64,000 bases of DNA from Dictyostelium discoideum (GCA_000004695.1 CM000150.2:2240001-2304000); one strand, 5' to 3'. Positions 36,997-53,254 are shown, numbered from the stretch's first letter. The notes: generated by a model not told the origin, from the letters alone. Numbers and translations are program-made.

Positions 36997-37646
36997 TTAT
37001 TTATATATTTATTTTTAAAATTAGTACTTACAAATAAAGAATCGCCAGGTGATTGTAGTATAAATTTTGAAAAACTATTCTCTAGTGGGAATACTACATT
37101 ATCAGTGATTACATTTATAGTTTCACCTAAGGAGTCAGTTAAGGTGAATGATGGTACAGAGGTATATTGTTGTGATATTACACTTGACATTGTGGCCAAT
37201 GATGAATGTGCACATTCAAAGATTAATGATGTTGTGGTTTGAATTGCCAATACTCCACTATTTGCATTATTAGTTGTTGTGGAACTAATTATTATTGGTA
37301 TTGTATTTGAAGCTGCAGTCGATATAACATCTGATGCTGATGATGATGCTGTTGCTGTTGCGGCAATTGCAGATGATATATTTGATGATGATGCATCTTT
37401 TATAATATTTGTTAATAGTGGAGAAGTTGAATTCAACCTTGAATAAAGTGCAAAAATTAATTCACCTTCAGTGATTGAAGATGCTGCTGCAGCTAGTCCA
37501 TTTTTACTAATTGAATTTATTAACACCTCTTCTAATTCTTTAAAACTTGAAATCTTATAAATACTTGACAAAAATCTATAACTTTTAAACCAATATACAA
37601 ATTTATATGTGAAAAAAGCTAAAGGAATAATAACTTGATTCCTCAT
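36260..37646 (-). CDS. MUL1/MAPL-like membrane RING E3 ubiquitin ligase, about 369 aa. Exons 37646..37032, 36875..36444, 36322..36260.
   Basis: Two TM segments and a C-terminal RING that is complete only after splicing: CSICYEGVRDVVFLPCSHVVTCFDCSSM|VGTCPVCRMMIQTKKKIFFS*. The GTAAGT donors are at plus coordinates 37031..37026 and 36443..36438, and the acceptors are TTTTAG (36877-36876) and TTAG (36324-36323). All three junctions are in phase 0, and an in-frame TAG lies immediately upstream of the exon-2 acceptor. Intron 1 holds an (ATT)n repeat. Confidence 0.75.
36914..36996. repeat. (AAT)n/(ATT)n microsatellite inside intron 1 of the MUL1-like gene.
   Basis: Seen directly. The track reads it as poly-Ile, and that reading is rejected as coding. 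Confidence 0.85.
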
Positions 37647-38095
37647 TTTTCTTTATTTTATTTGTAAACAATTATAATAACTATTTTATCTGTGTGGTGG
37701 TTGAAATTTTTTTTTTTTTTTCATTTTTTTGTTTTATTAAAATAATTTTTTGTTTTTATTAAATTCAATTAAAATAAATTGTTTTTTTTTTTTTTTACAA
37801 AAAAAAAAAAAAAAAATTAAAATTAAATTTTTAATTACCAAATTTGACAAAAAAAATATAAATCCATTTTAAATTTTAAAAAAAAAAAAGTTTCCTTTTA
37901 AATTAGTTTATTTTATTATTATTAGTATAAATGGTTAAAATAATATAAACATTCATCGAGTAGATTTACAATGCAAATTTTTATTTTAATTATTCCTAAA
38001 TTTGGTTTATTGGTATTCCTGTATGGTTGATCACTAAAAAGTAATAAAAAAAATAAATCGGTTAGACGTATTCAAAATGAAATCTCAACAAATAA

Positions 38096-38167
38096 TCCTT
38101 GTTGGTCTAGTGGTGAGGATTTTCGCCTGTCACGCGAAAGGCCCGGGTTCAATTCCCGGACAGGGAG
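38096..38167 (+). tRNA. tRNA-Asp (anticodon GUC), identical in sequence to the minus-strand copy at 25532..25603.
   Basis: TCCTTGTTGGTCTAGTGGTGAGGATTTTCGCCTGTCACGCGAAAGGCCCGGGTTCAATTCCCGGACAGGGAG. Followed by CTTTTTAT. Confidence 0.9.
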
Positions 38168-38191
38168 CTTTTTATTTGAAAATTTTAAGGT

Positions 38192-38207
38192 CAGGAGTTC
38201 GATTCCT
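38192..38207 (+). promoter_or_regulatory. External B box (exB) about 28 nt downstream of tRNA-Asp.
   Basis: GGAGTTCGATTCCTGA duplicates the internal B box consensus outside the tRNA body. Confidence 0.5.
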
Positions 38208-38921
38208 GATGGAATCGGATATAGATTGGAAAATTTTCCATGCAAATGATAAGGATCTAAACCGAGATCTATCTAAATTTTAATTATAATATAAAAATAA
38301 ATAACAATTTTATAATTTGAACTGGAAAAAAAAAAATAATAATAATTTTCAGGTTTAATATCTCTATGACAAATATCTATTGATTCTTCATTTCTTCTTT
38401 CTTTTTTTAATTGGTTGATTATTAAATTCTATTTCTTTATAACATATATGTCGTGAAAAAAAAAATAAAAAAAAAAAAAATAATCATTGTTTTTTTTAAC
38501 TTTACATCTTTTATATTTACCAATATTCTTCTTGTAAGATTTTACCTCCTTTTTTTAAAAAAAAAAAAAAAAAACAAAAAAAAAAAACAAAATTAAACTT
38601 CAATTTTGACTTACAAAGGTTGTATTTTGTGATTTGGGTATTTGTGTTGGGTACCTTGTTTTTTCTATTCTAATATTTAATACATTTTTTATTTTTAGTA
38701 GAATTCCAACAATATTTTAAATAAATATAATTTTTATTTTTATTTCTAATTTTTTTTTTTTTTTATGCTTGTTAATATCTTTTTTACCAGAATGAAATAT
38801 TTAAAAAATAAAAATAAAAAAAAAATAAAAATAAAAAAAAAAAAAAAAATAAAAAAAAAAAAAAAATTCATTTTTATTATCTCCAACATCAACATTAAAC
38901 AAAAAAAAAAAAAAAAAAAAA

Positions 38922-41414
<2,493 letters not shown>

Positions 41415-41502
41415 ATTATTTAAAATAAAAAAAAATAGAAATGGATTAAAAAAAAAAAAAAAAAAAAAAATTATTTGTAATTGTAATTGTAACTGTATTT
41501 AT

Positions 41503-41530
41503 TTATTTTTTTGATTTTTGATTATTAACC

Positions 41531-41562
<32 letters not shown>

Positions 41563-44500
41563 CTTTGTTTTTGATTTTTTATTATTTTCTTTTTTATCAG
41601 TTTCTTCATTTTCATCAGATTTACGTTTAATTGTAATTGAATTTGGAATTGAACCAGGTTTTAAAGCTTTTGACCAATCTTCATCATTTCCTTTAACTAA
41701 ATATTTTGAAAGTGAAGAATCATTTTCTAATTGATGTTTTAATTTGTTTACAACTTCTTCAGCACCTTTTTCCAATTCACTTTCCATATCTTCAGCCAAT
41801 GGAATCATATCAGTCTCTTTGATATCACCTTTAAATGATTTGAATTGACCAGTTCTTGGAGCCACAATTGATAATTTTGGCATTGAATCTTGAATGAATT
41901 TCTCTTGTTTTTGTTTTAACTCTGTATTAATTTTACGCATAGTTTGATTGAATAATGATAAAACTTGATTTGAAGCTAAATTTAATTCACCAATTAAATT
42001 ATCAACAGTTTTATGTTGAAGACCTAATGCTAATAAAATTGCTGATTGAATCAATGAAATATCTTCAATCTTTAATTTATTTGTAAAATATAATTTTGAT
42101 AATGATGGTAATAAATCAATTACAACATGATAATCAACTATATTATTACTATATGATTCTAAACGTTTTAAATCATATGATGAAAATAATAATTCCATTT
42201 CATTTTGTGTTAATTCATTCTTTGTTGTTGACGATGCTACTGCTACTGTATTATTAACTTTCTTTTCATATAAAATATTTAAAGCAATTGATGAATTAAA
42301 ATTTCTAAATTCATAACCTAATAAATTTATAAATCTTTTTTTGAAATCTTGATGGAATGATTGTAACCAACCATCTTTACAAATTGTATTATTTTGTTCA
42401 TTATTTAATTCTCTCAACATAATACAAGTATGTTCACCAGTGATGTCATTTGAAGTTAAACGTAAATAAACTGGTAAATATTTTGATTTACTCCAAAATT
42501 GATAAAGTTGTTGAGTTAAACCATATGATACACCCATATAATGAAGCTTCTCTGGTTTTCTTTCTGAAAGTTTAAATAATAATGGTGGAATATTTGATTT
42601 TGGTCTAATAACTTCTGTTAATAATGATGCATTATCTTTTTTAACTGTTGAAATTTTTGATGAACCTTTATTTTGATCGACTTTTTCTTCGTCCTCTTCT
42701 TCTTCTTCTTGATTAACTTCATCAAGATTTGTAATTTCACCTTGATAATATTGAGTTAATAATTCTAATGCTTTACTACCATAACCCATTTTTTGATAAT
42801 CTGGATGAGTTGCAATACGAACGATTCTAACACCTGAAAGACGTGGGAAATCTTCATCTTGATATTGTTGAGTTAAAGTCCATGGAATTAAATCACCAGA
42901 TGCTTGATAACCACGTTTAATACTATTGAGAATTGATTCTTTTGCAATTTCACCCTCTAAACTAACTTGAACGGCACAAAGGATCTCTGGAAGACCAGTT
43001 GTATTATTTTCATCGATTGGTCCTAACAAAACGAATAAATGATGATCAGGTGCATCAGACATTAACAAGAGATCATTTGGTGAATTTTTATAATGACTTG
43101 ATACGAAAAGTCCAACCATCTTTTGAAGGAATGCTTCGGATGCTTTATGATAACTAAAGAGTGTATCACGATTAACATAATACAATTGACAAGCTGATGG
43201 ATGTGGACAACCTGTTGGGGAACTCTTTGCAATGGTACTATCTAAACAGAGTAATTCATTTAACCAACGTTCAATTGGATCTCTAGCACTGTAACGAATT
43301 GGTTCATTTAATTCAATTTCACGTAACATTCTACCAGTGATTGAGTTTAATGCTTTGTTACTTGAATTTGATACGACGGTTGATTGTTCACGTAATTGTT
43401 TAATCAATTTCAATGATAATGATCTACCAGTACCTTCATAACCATTGATGGTGGATGACATGAATACCAAGTATGGGCCTAATAAATTCTTTACCAATGG
43501 TAATGGAATGGCGGCTGCCTCATCGATTACAACCAATTCAGCTTGACCAAGTTTTTGATAATCTTGTGGTTGAATATATTGAATGGTTTGTCTATGAGAT
43601 CTAAAGATGTTTACACGAATGATTGCATCGTGAAATTCTGGATTGGTAGATTTAACCAATTCATAATCTACATGTTCAACATATTCCATTGAATCGAAAC
43701 CTTTGAAAACAAATTGGAATAATGTGTTCAAATTCTCTGGTGTTGGTGATGATACGAAAATATTTGAATAACCAAATGCAACAGCTGCTGAAATTGCTAA
43801 ACCCAATGCTGCAGATTTACCTCTACCTCTACCTGCGGTCAATGTAACGGTACTTCTTAAAGTTTTCTCAGAGATACTATCAATGAATGTAAGTAATGCT
43901 GTAGCTTGGTCCATGGTCTTGGTATTCTCAATCAATGCACCTGCAATATCGGTATCCTTGACTTGTTGTTTAAATTCACGTAATTCAACCTGTTCTGGTG
44001 TCTCTAAAATTTGTTGTTTTGCTTCAATTGATCTTGATTGACTTGAAATTGGTAAAATATTCAATTCATCATCCATAACTAAACATTGTTCAGATTTACC
44101 CAATGATAATAAGAAACGTTCATTAAATCTACATACAACTTCACCTTTACTATTTTCACTTCTGAATCTTGTATGAACATCCATTGTCATTGTATATAAT
44201 TGTTTTAAACTATCCATGGTTTTCAATAACAATACAATTAAACCACCACCTTCAACAGTCTCAATGGTTCTTGCTAAAAGATTTGGTGTAATTGCTTCAA
44301 AATCTTGTAATACCAACATACCAAATGTATTACCCAATATCTTGTGTGATTCTGAATAATAACTATATCTAATATTGGTTGTTGATATAAAAACATCAAA
44401 TGGATCTTCTTGATTAACTGAATCAATACCTGATGATTTTGATTTTTCTTTTAATTTCATTTTCTTCTTTTTATGTCTTTTTTTTTTTCAAATAAATAAA

Positions 44501-44779
44501 TAAATTAATTAATTAATTAATAATTTATTTCTTTATTATATTTATATATATATATATATATATTTAAAATTATACTTACTTTGAAAAACCTAAATCTTCT
44601 TTATAACACCATAAAACTGATGGTCTTGCTTTTACAATACTTTTTGATAAAATGTAATGAAGATTTGGTACTTGATCTTTACCATTATCACCAACAATTA
44701 CAAAAAAGCTACGATGATTTGTTGCAACTCCATTTTCGATTAATGTACGAATTCTTGTATCAACTTTCTTTCTTACCAT
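41503..44779 (-). CDS. nat10: RNA cytidine acetyltransferase NAT10 / Kre33 ortholog, about 1057 aa. Exons 44779..44580 and 44476..41503.
   Basis: Exon 1 (MVRKKVDTRIRTLIENGVATNHRSFFVIVGDNGKDQVPNLHYILSKSIVKARPSVLWCYKEDLGFSK) is near-identical to the human NAT10 N-terminus. Exon 2 carries the helicase, acetyltransferase and tRNA-binding regions (TAGRGRGKSAALGLAI, ELVVIDEAAAIPLPLVK, MSSTINGYEGTGRSLSLKL, VRIATHPDYQKMGYGSKALELL). The GTAAGT donor (phase 2) and AAAG acceptor give ...GFSK-HKKKKMKL..., matching human ..GFSSHRKKRMRQ. Confidence 0.9.
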
Positions 44780-45673
44780 TTTTTTTTTTTTTGTAAGAAA
44801 TTAATCCAAAATGATTTTGAAATTATTTTGGGAAAAAAAAAAAAAAAAAAAAAAAACGAAAGAATTGTCGTTTTTATGAAAAAAAAAAAAAAAAAAAAAA
44901 TAAAAAAATTAAAAAAATTATTTTTTATTTTTTTTTTTTATTTTTATATTTATTTTATTTTTTTTTAAAATTTTTTTTTTTTAAGTATTTAAAATGTATG
45001 ATCAGTTATTATTATGTCAGACATAAATTAAGTTTTTTAAAAAAAAAAAAAAAAATCAAAATTTATTTAAGGGGGTTAGAAAAAAAGAAAAATAAATTTT
45101 AAAATAAAAAAAAAGAAATAAATAATTTTATTTTTATTATTTCATTTAATTTATTTTTTTTTATTTTTTTATTTTTTTTTTTGTTATTTAATTAACTAAA
45201 ATGTATGATCATTTATTATTATGATAGCCATAAATTAAGTTTTGAAAATAAATAACAATTGTTTTTTTTTTTTTATTTTTATTTTCATTGTTATTAATTC
45301 AGAAGAAACAAATAAAAAACTTTTTTATGTAATAATTAAAAAAATAACAATTATATTTTTTTTATTTTATTTTTATTTTTATTTTTTACACCCCCAAACT
45401 ATTTTTATTTTTATTTTTATTTTTAATAATAGTAATCAAATAATTGATTTTGTTTCTGTACAAAATTTTAAAAATCTAAAAGCTTTGATCATTTATTCAA
45501 ATCCCAATCTTTGTTTATAATAACTAAAACAATAATTTATAAAAAAAAAAATTAAAATTAAAATTAAAATTAAATCAAAATCAAAATCAAAGTAACAATG
45601 TAAAATTGGAAAGGGGTCGGAAAAAAAAAATATTAAAAGGAGGTCTGAAATCGATTTTTTTCTTTCCTGAAAA

Positions 45674-45704
<31 letters not shown>

Positions 45705-46172
45705 CAAATAATTTCCGATGAATATATTTAATTGAAAATTTGTGAACTAAAGATTTTTATAACTATAATAATTGTTTTATTTTTTTTTATTTATTTTAAT
45801 TTATTGCTATAAATTTTTTATTATGGTGAAATAATAAAACCATTTTGATCATTCACTTAAAAAGTGGTTTTATAATTATATTTTTTGAAAAAAAAAAAAA
45901 AAAAAAAAAAAAACTGCGAGTGCAAACGCCATAAATGATAATTTTAATACTTTGGTAATTCTATTGATTGCTTTATTATATCTCTTTTAAGAGTTTAAGA
46001 TAAAAACAGTGTTTTTATTCCAAAACAAAAATTTATATTTTTACATTTTTTAATTTATTAAATTTTTTTTTATAATAAAAATAAAAAAATATAAAAATAA
46101 ATCAAAAAAAAAAAATCCAATTTAGTCTATTTCCCCGACAACAGTTTTCTGTTTGATTATTAGAATCATTTG

Positions 46173-46220
<48 letters not shown>

Positions 46221-46343
46221 AAAAGATCAAAAAATGTGAAAGTGTTGGTTTTCTTTTTATTTTATTTTATTTTTTAATTTTTTTTTATTTTTTTCGTTAT
46301 AAATTAAAAAAAGGTGGTTGGACAATAAAGGGGTATTATAAAA

Positions 46344-46374
<31 letters not shown>

Positions 46375-46517
46375 ATTTTTTTATTCTTTTATTATTACTA
46401 TTTTTTCTCTTTTGTATAAATAAACACCAACACTATTTAATTATTTATTTTAAGGCAAAAAAAAAAAAATTATAAAAAATTAAAAAAAATTAAAAAAAAA
46501 TTTTTAAAAAAAAAAAA

Positions 46518-47261
46518 ATGAAAAATGTGCGATTATTATTTTTGGCTTTAGTTTTATTAGCTTCAATTTGTTTAAATAAATGTTATGGATCAGGACCAGT
46601 TGTAATTTTTAATGATGGTGGATATGCTGATGATATTGTAGTTTATCAATCTTCAGTTAATAGTAATGTTGTAGAGAATGCAGAGAAAGATAACACTTGC
46701 AAACCAGGCTGGTTAAAATGTGTAAAGGCAGTGACCTACAATGAGAATGGTTTCTATGGTTTTAGAAACAGAGATATCTTTTTCACTAGTGACTGTAAAT
46801 ATATTGAATTCACCATTAAAGTAATTCCACACAGTGATGCCACTGGATCCAGCAGTAGCTCAACTGACACACCTGCACAATTAAATGATGGATCATCGTC
46901 ATCAGCAGTTGTACCACCAAAAATCCAATGTTCTGTTGAAACTGTTGGCATACCAAAACGTATCACCTTGAATTTAAATTCCACCTATGTTATGACTGGC
47001 AATAGCGAAGATTCACCAATTGATCTTTCCGATTGGTCTTTTGTTAGAATTAAATTATCCGATTTGAATGTTGATGTCGATACCTTTAACTCTTTCCAAA
47101 TTTGGGCCGATCAAAGAGATACAACCATCATTTTCGGTGGTGCTTCTTTTGTTGCTTCTCCAACTTCACTCTATCCAATTGGAACAACCTCTAATTCATT
47201 TGTACTTAAATCTTCTTTATTCTTTATTTTTATATCTGTTATTACTTTATTAATTTTATAA
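46518..47261 (+). CDS. Secreted hypothetical protein, likely GPI-anchored, with an N-terminal signal peptide, a Ser-rich linker and a hydrophobic C-terminus.
   Basis: MKNVRLLFLALVLLASICLNKCYG signal. The C-terminus SSLFFIFISVITLLIL follows a small-residue stretch (GTTSNS). No family recognised. Confidence 0.5.
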   Translation: MKNVRLLFLALVLLASICLNKCYGSGPVVIFNDGGYADDIVVYQSSVNSNVVENAEKDNTCKPGWLKCVKAVTYNENGFYGFRNRDIFFTSDCKYIEFTIKVIPHSDATGSSSSSTDTPAQLNDGSSSSAVVPPKIQCSVETVGIPKRITLNLNSTYVMTGNSEDSPIDLSDWSFVRIKLSDLNVDVDTFNSFQIWADQRDTTIIFGGASFVASPTSLYPIGTTSNSFVLKSSLFFIFISVITLLIL

Positions 47262-47830
47262 ATAAAAAAAAAAAAAAAATAAAAAAATAAAAAATAAAAG
47301 ATAAAAAAAGTAAAAATAGAAAATAAAAAATAAAAATAAAAAATAAAAACAAAAATAAAAAAAAAAAATTTTGTTAGTTTTTTTTTTTTTTTTATTTTTT
47401 TTTTTTTTCTTAGCATTATTTTTAACCAACTCTTTCTGTTCCATAAATTGGGTTTTTTTTTTTTTTTTACATTATTAGTAATAATTTATAATCAAATAAA
47501 CTTTTTTCTTTCAATATATTAAAAAAAAAAAAAAAAAAAGCTTTTTTAATTATTTTTATTTTTTTTGTTATTTCTGATTTGATTAAAAAAAATAAAATAA
47601 AAAAATAAAAAAAAATAAAATAAAATTAAATAAAAAAAAATAAAATAAATTGAAGTAAAGTTCAATTTTTTTTTTTTTTACAAAAAAAAAACTTTTTTTT
47701 TATTTATTTATTTTCATTTTAATTTAAAATTTTTATATTCTTTTTTTTTTTTTAATATTTTTCTTTTTATTTTATTTTTTTTTTTTTTATAATATCTTTT
47801 TTTCTTTTTATTTATTATTTTTTTTTTTTA

Positions 47831-47868
<38 letters not shown>

Positions 47869-47975
47869 TGTCTTCATTTATTTATTTCATAAATCAAAAA
47901 AAACAAATAAAAAAAAAAAAAAAAAAAAAATCGAAAAAAAAAAAAAAAAAAAAAAACAAAAAAATATTTATATAA

Positions 47976-49443
47976 ATGAAAAGAAGGGGTAAACAAAATC
48001 AAAATATTGACAAAGAGGAACAAGAACAACAAAATGGTAACGTAAATGGTGATGATAATGAAAATGATGAAAGCAATGAAAACGATGACAACAATCATAA
48101 TAATATGAATGATGATATAATTAATAATAATGAAAATGATTATATAATTAATAATAATAATAATAATAGTGACGACGACGATGATGATAATGGTGATGAC
48201 GATGAAACTAAACCAATTGAAAAAGTACAAATTAAAAAACCAGCAGCATCAAGGAAAAAAAAAAAGGCAGCTTCAAAAAAACAACCACCAACTACATCGA
48301 TTATAAGTGTTAGTGCATTGGAAAGTAGTGATAAAAATTCCACAAACCTTGTACCAAAGACTAGATCTAGGGGTACTATAGTTCAAAGTGTAGAAATGTT
48401 AACAAGAAAATTACAAGTTCCCATTGAAATTTGTTCACCACCACCTCAAACTTTACCAATATTACCAAATGCGCCCATATATAAAAAACAAAAATCACTT
48501 TCAAAACCAATACCACAAAAACCATCACCAAATATATCTTCAAAAAAATCGAATAAATTAGCAGCAAAACAGCAGCAACAACAGCAACAACAGCAACAAG
48601 AACAGCAACAGGATGAAAAAATGGGAGAGGAGGAAGAGGTTTCTCATCAACCACCAAAACCACCTCATCCAAGAGCATCAAAAAAGAAAAAATCTGGAGC
48701 AAAAAGAAAACCAAATAATAGAACCAACAACAATAATAGCAATAATAACAATAACAATAATAATAATAATAATAGTAATGACAGTGATAATGAAACTAAA
48801 GAACCATTGGTAGATAAAGTGAATGATCATAATGAAGATAATAGTAACGGTATTGATGAGCCAACAGAAGGAATGGAAAATGAAGATAATAACACCAACA
48901 AAAAGGAACCATTCAAAAGGAAAAACGCAGTAAAATCACCAAATCAACTTCATCCATCAATCGAATCACCACCACCACCAAGAATAAATGGAAAAACTCA
49001 TATAAGTGGAGGTAATAAAAGAAAGAGTAAATCTGTTACTAAATGTGTTATACCACTTTTAGAAGGTTTAAATGATGAGTTAAATGGTGGAGGCTCAGAA
49101 GATGAAGATGAAGATGAATATGAGGAGGAAAATGAATATATTAAAAAGAAAATAAAAATAAAGAGTAGCCTTAGACAACCACCATATATAGATGATGAAC
49201 AAGAGGATGAAAAGGAAGAGGGCAATCAAGAGGACAATCAAGAGGATACTGAAGATGATAATGAAAAAGAAGATGATGATGATGATGATGATGATGGTGA
49301 CGAAAATGAATACATAAACAGTAATAAACGTAAAAGGATAAATAGACGAACTAAGGGTGTCACAAAATCAAAAATAAAACTATCATCAATACAACATCTA
49401 TTGGACGACCAAGATGAATCATTCTATAACCTTCACAAACAAA

Positions 49444-49528
<85 letters not shown>

Positions 49529-50154
49529 TCATCCATCACTTGCTAAAGATAAGAGTGTAAAAAGGGTGAGATTTCATATAGTGGGAGAAGAGAAAGATGT
49601 GCACGAGGCTGAAACAAATGAAGAAGAGGAGAGGGAGGAAGAAAAGTTATTTCCTTCAATTGAAGAGTATTATGGTGATGGTGATGGTGATGGTGAAGAT
49701 AAAAATACAACATCAAAAACAATACAAAACAAAAATCAAACACCAACTAGGTCAAAAAGAATTATCACACCAGTGGTACCATTTCTACAAAAAGAATCAA
49801 GAAAATCAAAAATCATAGACACTGCTAACAGGAGCAATACTACTCGATCAACAAGATCCAAATCAATTAAAGATGCTGAAAGAGATAGAGAGCTACAAAT
49901 TGTATTGGTAAGAGATAACGATTTTGGAAGTGAAAATGACGATTACAACCCATCATCATTGCCTCAAAATGATCAATTCTATAGGAACCGTATAAAACTT
50001 CTCAATACAAAAGATGACAAAAAGATTCCAAAGGATCTTTTACCACCATATATAAGGAGTCAAAATCTTGAAAAAGGTGATAGTTCAGAAGAGGAAGAGG
50101 AAGAAGTACAAGAACAAGAACAAGAAGAGGATAATGATAATGATAATGATAAGG

Positions 50155-50189
<35 letters not shown>

Positions 50190-52028
50190 GATAAGGATAC
50201 AACAAATGAATTACTAGTTACACAAAAACAAAAGCAAACCAAATTATCAACTAGATCATCAACTAGATTATCAAATGGTAGTTCGCAGACTCAACCTCAA
50301 TCTTCACCTATACCTACACCTACATCATCACAACCTCAAACTCAAGCTCAAACTCCATCTCAAACTCAAACTCAAGCTCAAACTCCATATCAAACTCAAA
50401 CTCCATCTCAAACTCAAGCTCAAACCCAAACTCAAGCTCAAACCCAAACTCCACCTCAATCACCAAAAAAAACTCCACCAACACCAACAAAAACTCCATC
50501 AACACCAACAAGATCATCAACAAGGAGATTAACCACTCTTGAATCAATACCTCAATCACCACAGAAAGTTCCATCAACACCAACAAGATCATCAAGGTCT
50601 CAACAAAAAGAACAAAAAGAATTAGAACCACCATTAACACCATCGAAATCATCAAAGCTTGGACATCTTGATGATTTAATTATTGGCGTCGAGAATGGAT
50701 ATATTAATATCTATAGTACAGAGAGATGTCCACATTTAACTCATCTAAGATATGAAAGTATCAATGAAAAATTATCCAACCCAAATGAGTGGAAATGTAC
50801 AGATTGTCATTACACCCATCCACTTTTTCTTTGTTTAACTTGTAATAAAATCACTTGTGGTACATTTAAACATAAACATGTATCAGCTCATTATAAATCA
50901 TCAAATCATCCTTTGGTTTTTGGTATTAAAGATAAATTTTGTTATTGGTAAGTTATATATAACTATATTTATAAAAACTATATTTAAAAATGATTATCAT
51001 TCTAATTACTATTTATTTTATTCTATTTTATAGTTTTATTTGTAAAAAGTTTGTTGAAAATGATAATGATGAGGGCGAACTTGAATTATTAAGAGGTATT
51101 GCATATGAATCATCATTTAATTTCTTAAAATCAAGATTTAATACTGAAGAAAAGTATGTATTCAAATATATATATATAAATAGAGAGAATCATTATTCAA
51201 CTATCAAGTTATCAAATTATAGATATTATTATTTTTATTATTATTATTATTCTTTCAAAAATTTGTTTTAAAATTTTAATTTGAAAATTTTTTAACATTA
51301 TTTTTTTTTTATCAGAATTACTCAAGATGATATTGAAGAGACAGCATCAAGCTATTATGAGATGGTATTAACAAGAAAAATATTCAAAATTTGGAGTGAT
51401 TCAGTAGAACATGAAGAAGGTGATGATTGGAGATCTAATGAACGTCATTTAGATCATTTAAAGGATTTATATACTTTTGTGGCTAATAATGACCCAGAAG
51501 CATCCTCACGTTCAAAAGCTTTCTTTAAAGAAACTTTAAATGAAATGAATGAAGAAAAAGAAGAGAGAGAAAGATCATTATCAACAAAATATACAACAAC
51601 AACAACAACATCAACATCATCATTATTATTGTCATCATCAACTACTACTACTACTACTACTAACAATACTTTAACACCAACATTAATTCCAACATCAATT
51701 AACCTTTCACCATCATCATCTGCATCATATAGTATTGGTATTGATACACCAGATCAATTCGTTATGAATGAAAGATTAAAAGAAATTGAAGAGGCTGAAG
51801 AAATCATTAAACAAAAAGAATTAGAATTACTACAACAAAAACAACAAGAATCACAAGAATCACCACAGCAACAAACAACAACAACAACGACAACAACAAC
51901 AAATGAATTATCCACTAATCAACAAAACCAAAATGATTGTGATGAAAAAGATAATGATCAAATGAATATAGATAGTGAAGATTCTAAAATTCCTTCAATT
52001 TCAATAACTTCAAATGATTCTCCAACTG

Positions 52029-52059
<31 letters not shown>

Positions 52060-52489
52060 TAATAATAATAACAGTAATAGTCAACAACAACAACAGTCAC
52101 CAATTGAGAGTATGAATATTACACCTCCTGCATCTCCATTAAAGTTAACAGGAACCTTAGTTAATGATGATAAAGGTAAAAGAAATTATTCTAGTAGTTA
52201 TTTAATGTCAAAAGTTGCATCATCACCAATCAAAAAAAATAAATTGATTCCAGGTGTTACAGGTCTTAGAAATTTAGGTAATACTTGTTTTATGAATACA
52301 ATTTTACAATCATTAAGTAATATAGCAGAATTTAGAACTTTCTTTTTTGAACTTAGATTTGGAGATAATAATCAACCATTAATACCTTCAAAACCACCAT
52401 CTCAACCACCTCAACAACAACAATCATTACCTAAAGGTAGACAATTGTTCACAAATGATAATCTACAAACCAATACTATCAATTCAACA

Positions 52490-52538
<49 letters not shown>

Positions 52539-53254
52539 CACCGACCACCACAACAGCGGCAACAACTACTAATACAACTACAACTAGTAAATTCAATCCA
52601 CATCCATATCAATATGATGAAATGGGTCAACAAACTACACCATATTTAAATGGAGCTAAAGTTAGACAGAGTACATTGGAATGTTTGGAGATTTTACAAA
52701 AGAAAAAGAGCGTAACAGATAATCTTGATGATAAATCATTTACTTTGCAACTTCATTATCTATTTAGATTACTATGGTCTGGTAAATGGAGTGTTGTTAC
52801 ACCATCGAGTCTATTGGAATCAGTTTGGAGAAATATACCAAAGTTTAAAAATTATCAACAACAAGATGCTCAAGAATTCCTTTCATATCTATTGGATGAA
52901 GTAACAAAAGAATTAAATCCAAAAAAGAAATCTAATCAAAATTCATCATCTGTTGATAATAAATCACAACCACCACCACATCCAACTATTCCTACTAGAA
53001 AAAGTTCTATTAGATTAAGACAACAACAATCACCACCAACCTCACCACCATCATCACCAACAACAACAACAACAACAAAAACATCATCTTCTAGATTTAA
53101 AAAAAGAAATACTAATGAATCAAAAAAGAATTCAATTAATGATTTGGTTACCCAAAGTGATGAAAATTCCAACCAAACTATAAAAGAAACTAAAAAGAGA
53201 GGCAGAAATATTACAGATGAAAGTGATGATGAACATCAAAATGAAGAAAATCAA

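Noticed and set aside
36876-37031. Poly-Ile tail of ORF 36876..37646
   Set aside because: It lies downstream of a canonical GTAAGT donor and corresponds to an intronic (ATT)n.
37650-38900. TRE5/TRE3/DGLT-A retrotransposon insertion flanking tRNA-Asp
   Set aside because: Both flanks were read for RT/ORF remnants or LTR-like GC-rich blocks. Only A/T-rich promoter-like sequence was found, so the sites appear empty.
45242-47444. Low-complexity ORFs 45242..45520, 47068..47253, 47171..47416 and 47256..47444
   Set aside because: These are A/T-run translations (poly-F, poly-K, poly-L) in intergenic DNA or overlapping the GPI-protein gene in another frame.
50320-50655. Antisense ORFs over the (CAAACT/CAAGCT)n region and the 50275..50532 +2 frame ORF
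   Set aside because: These are repeat-driven open frames within the USP gene's Thr-Gln repeat. The sense frame continues into the zf-UBP domain.
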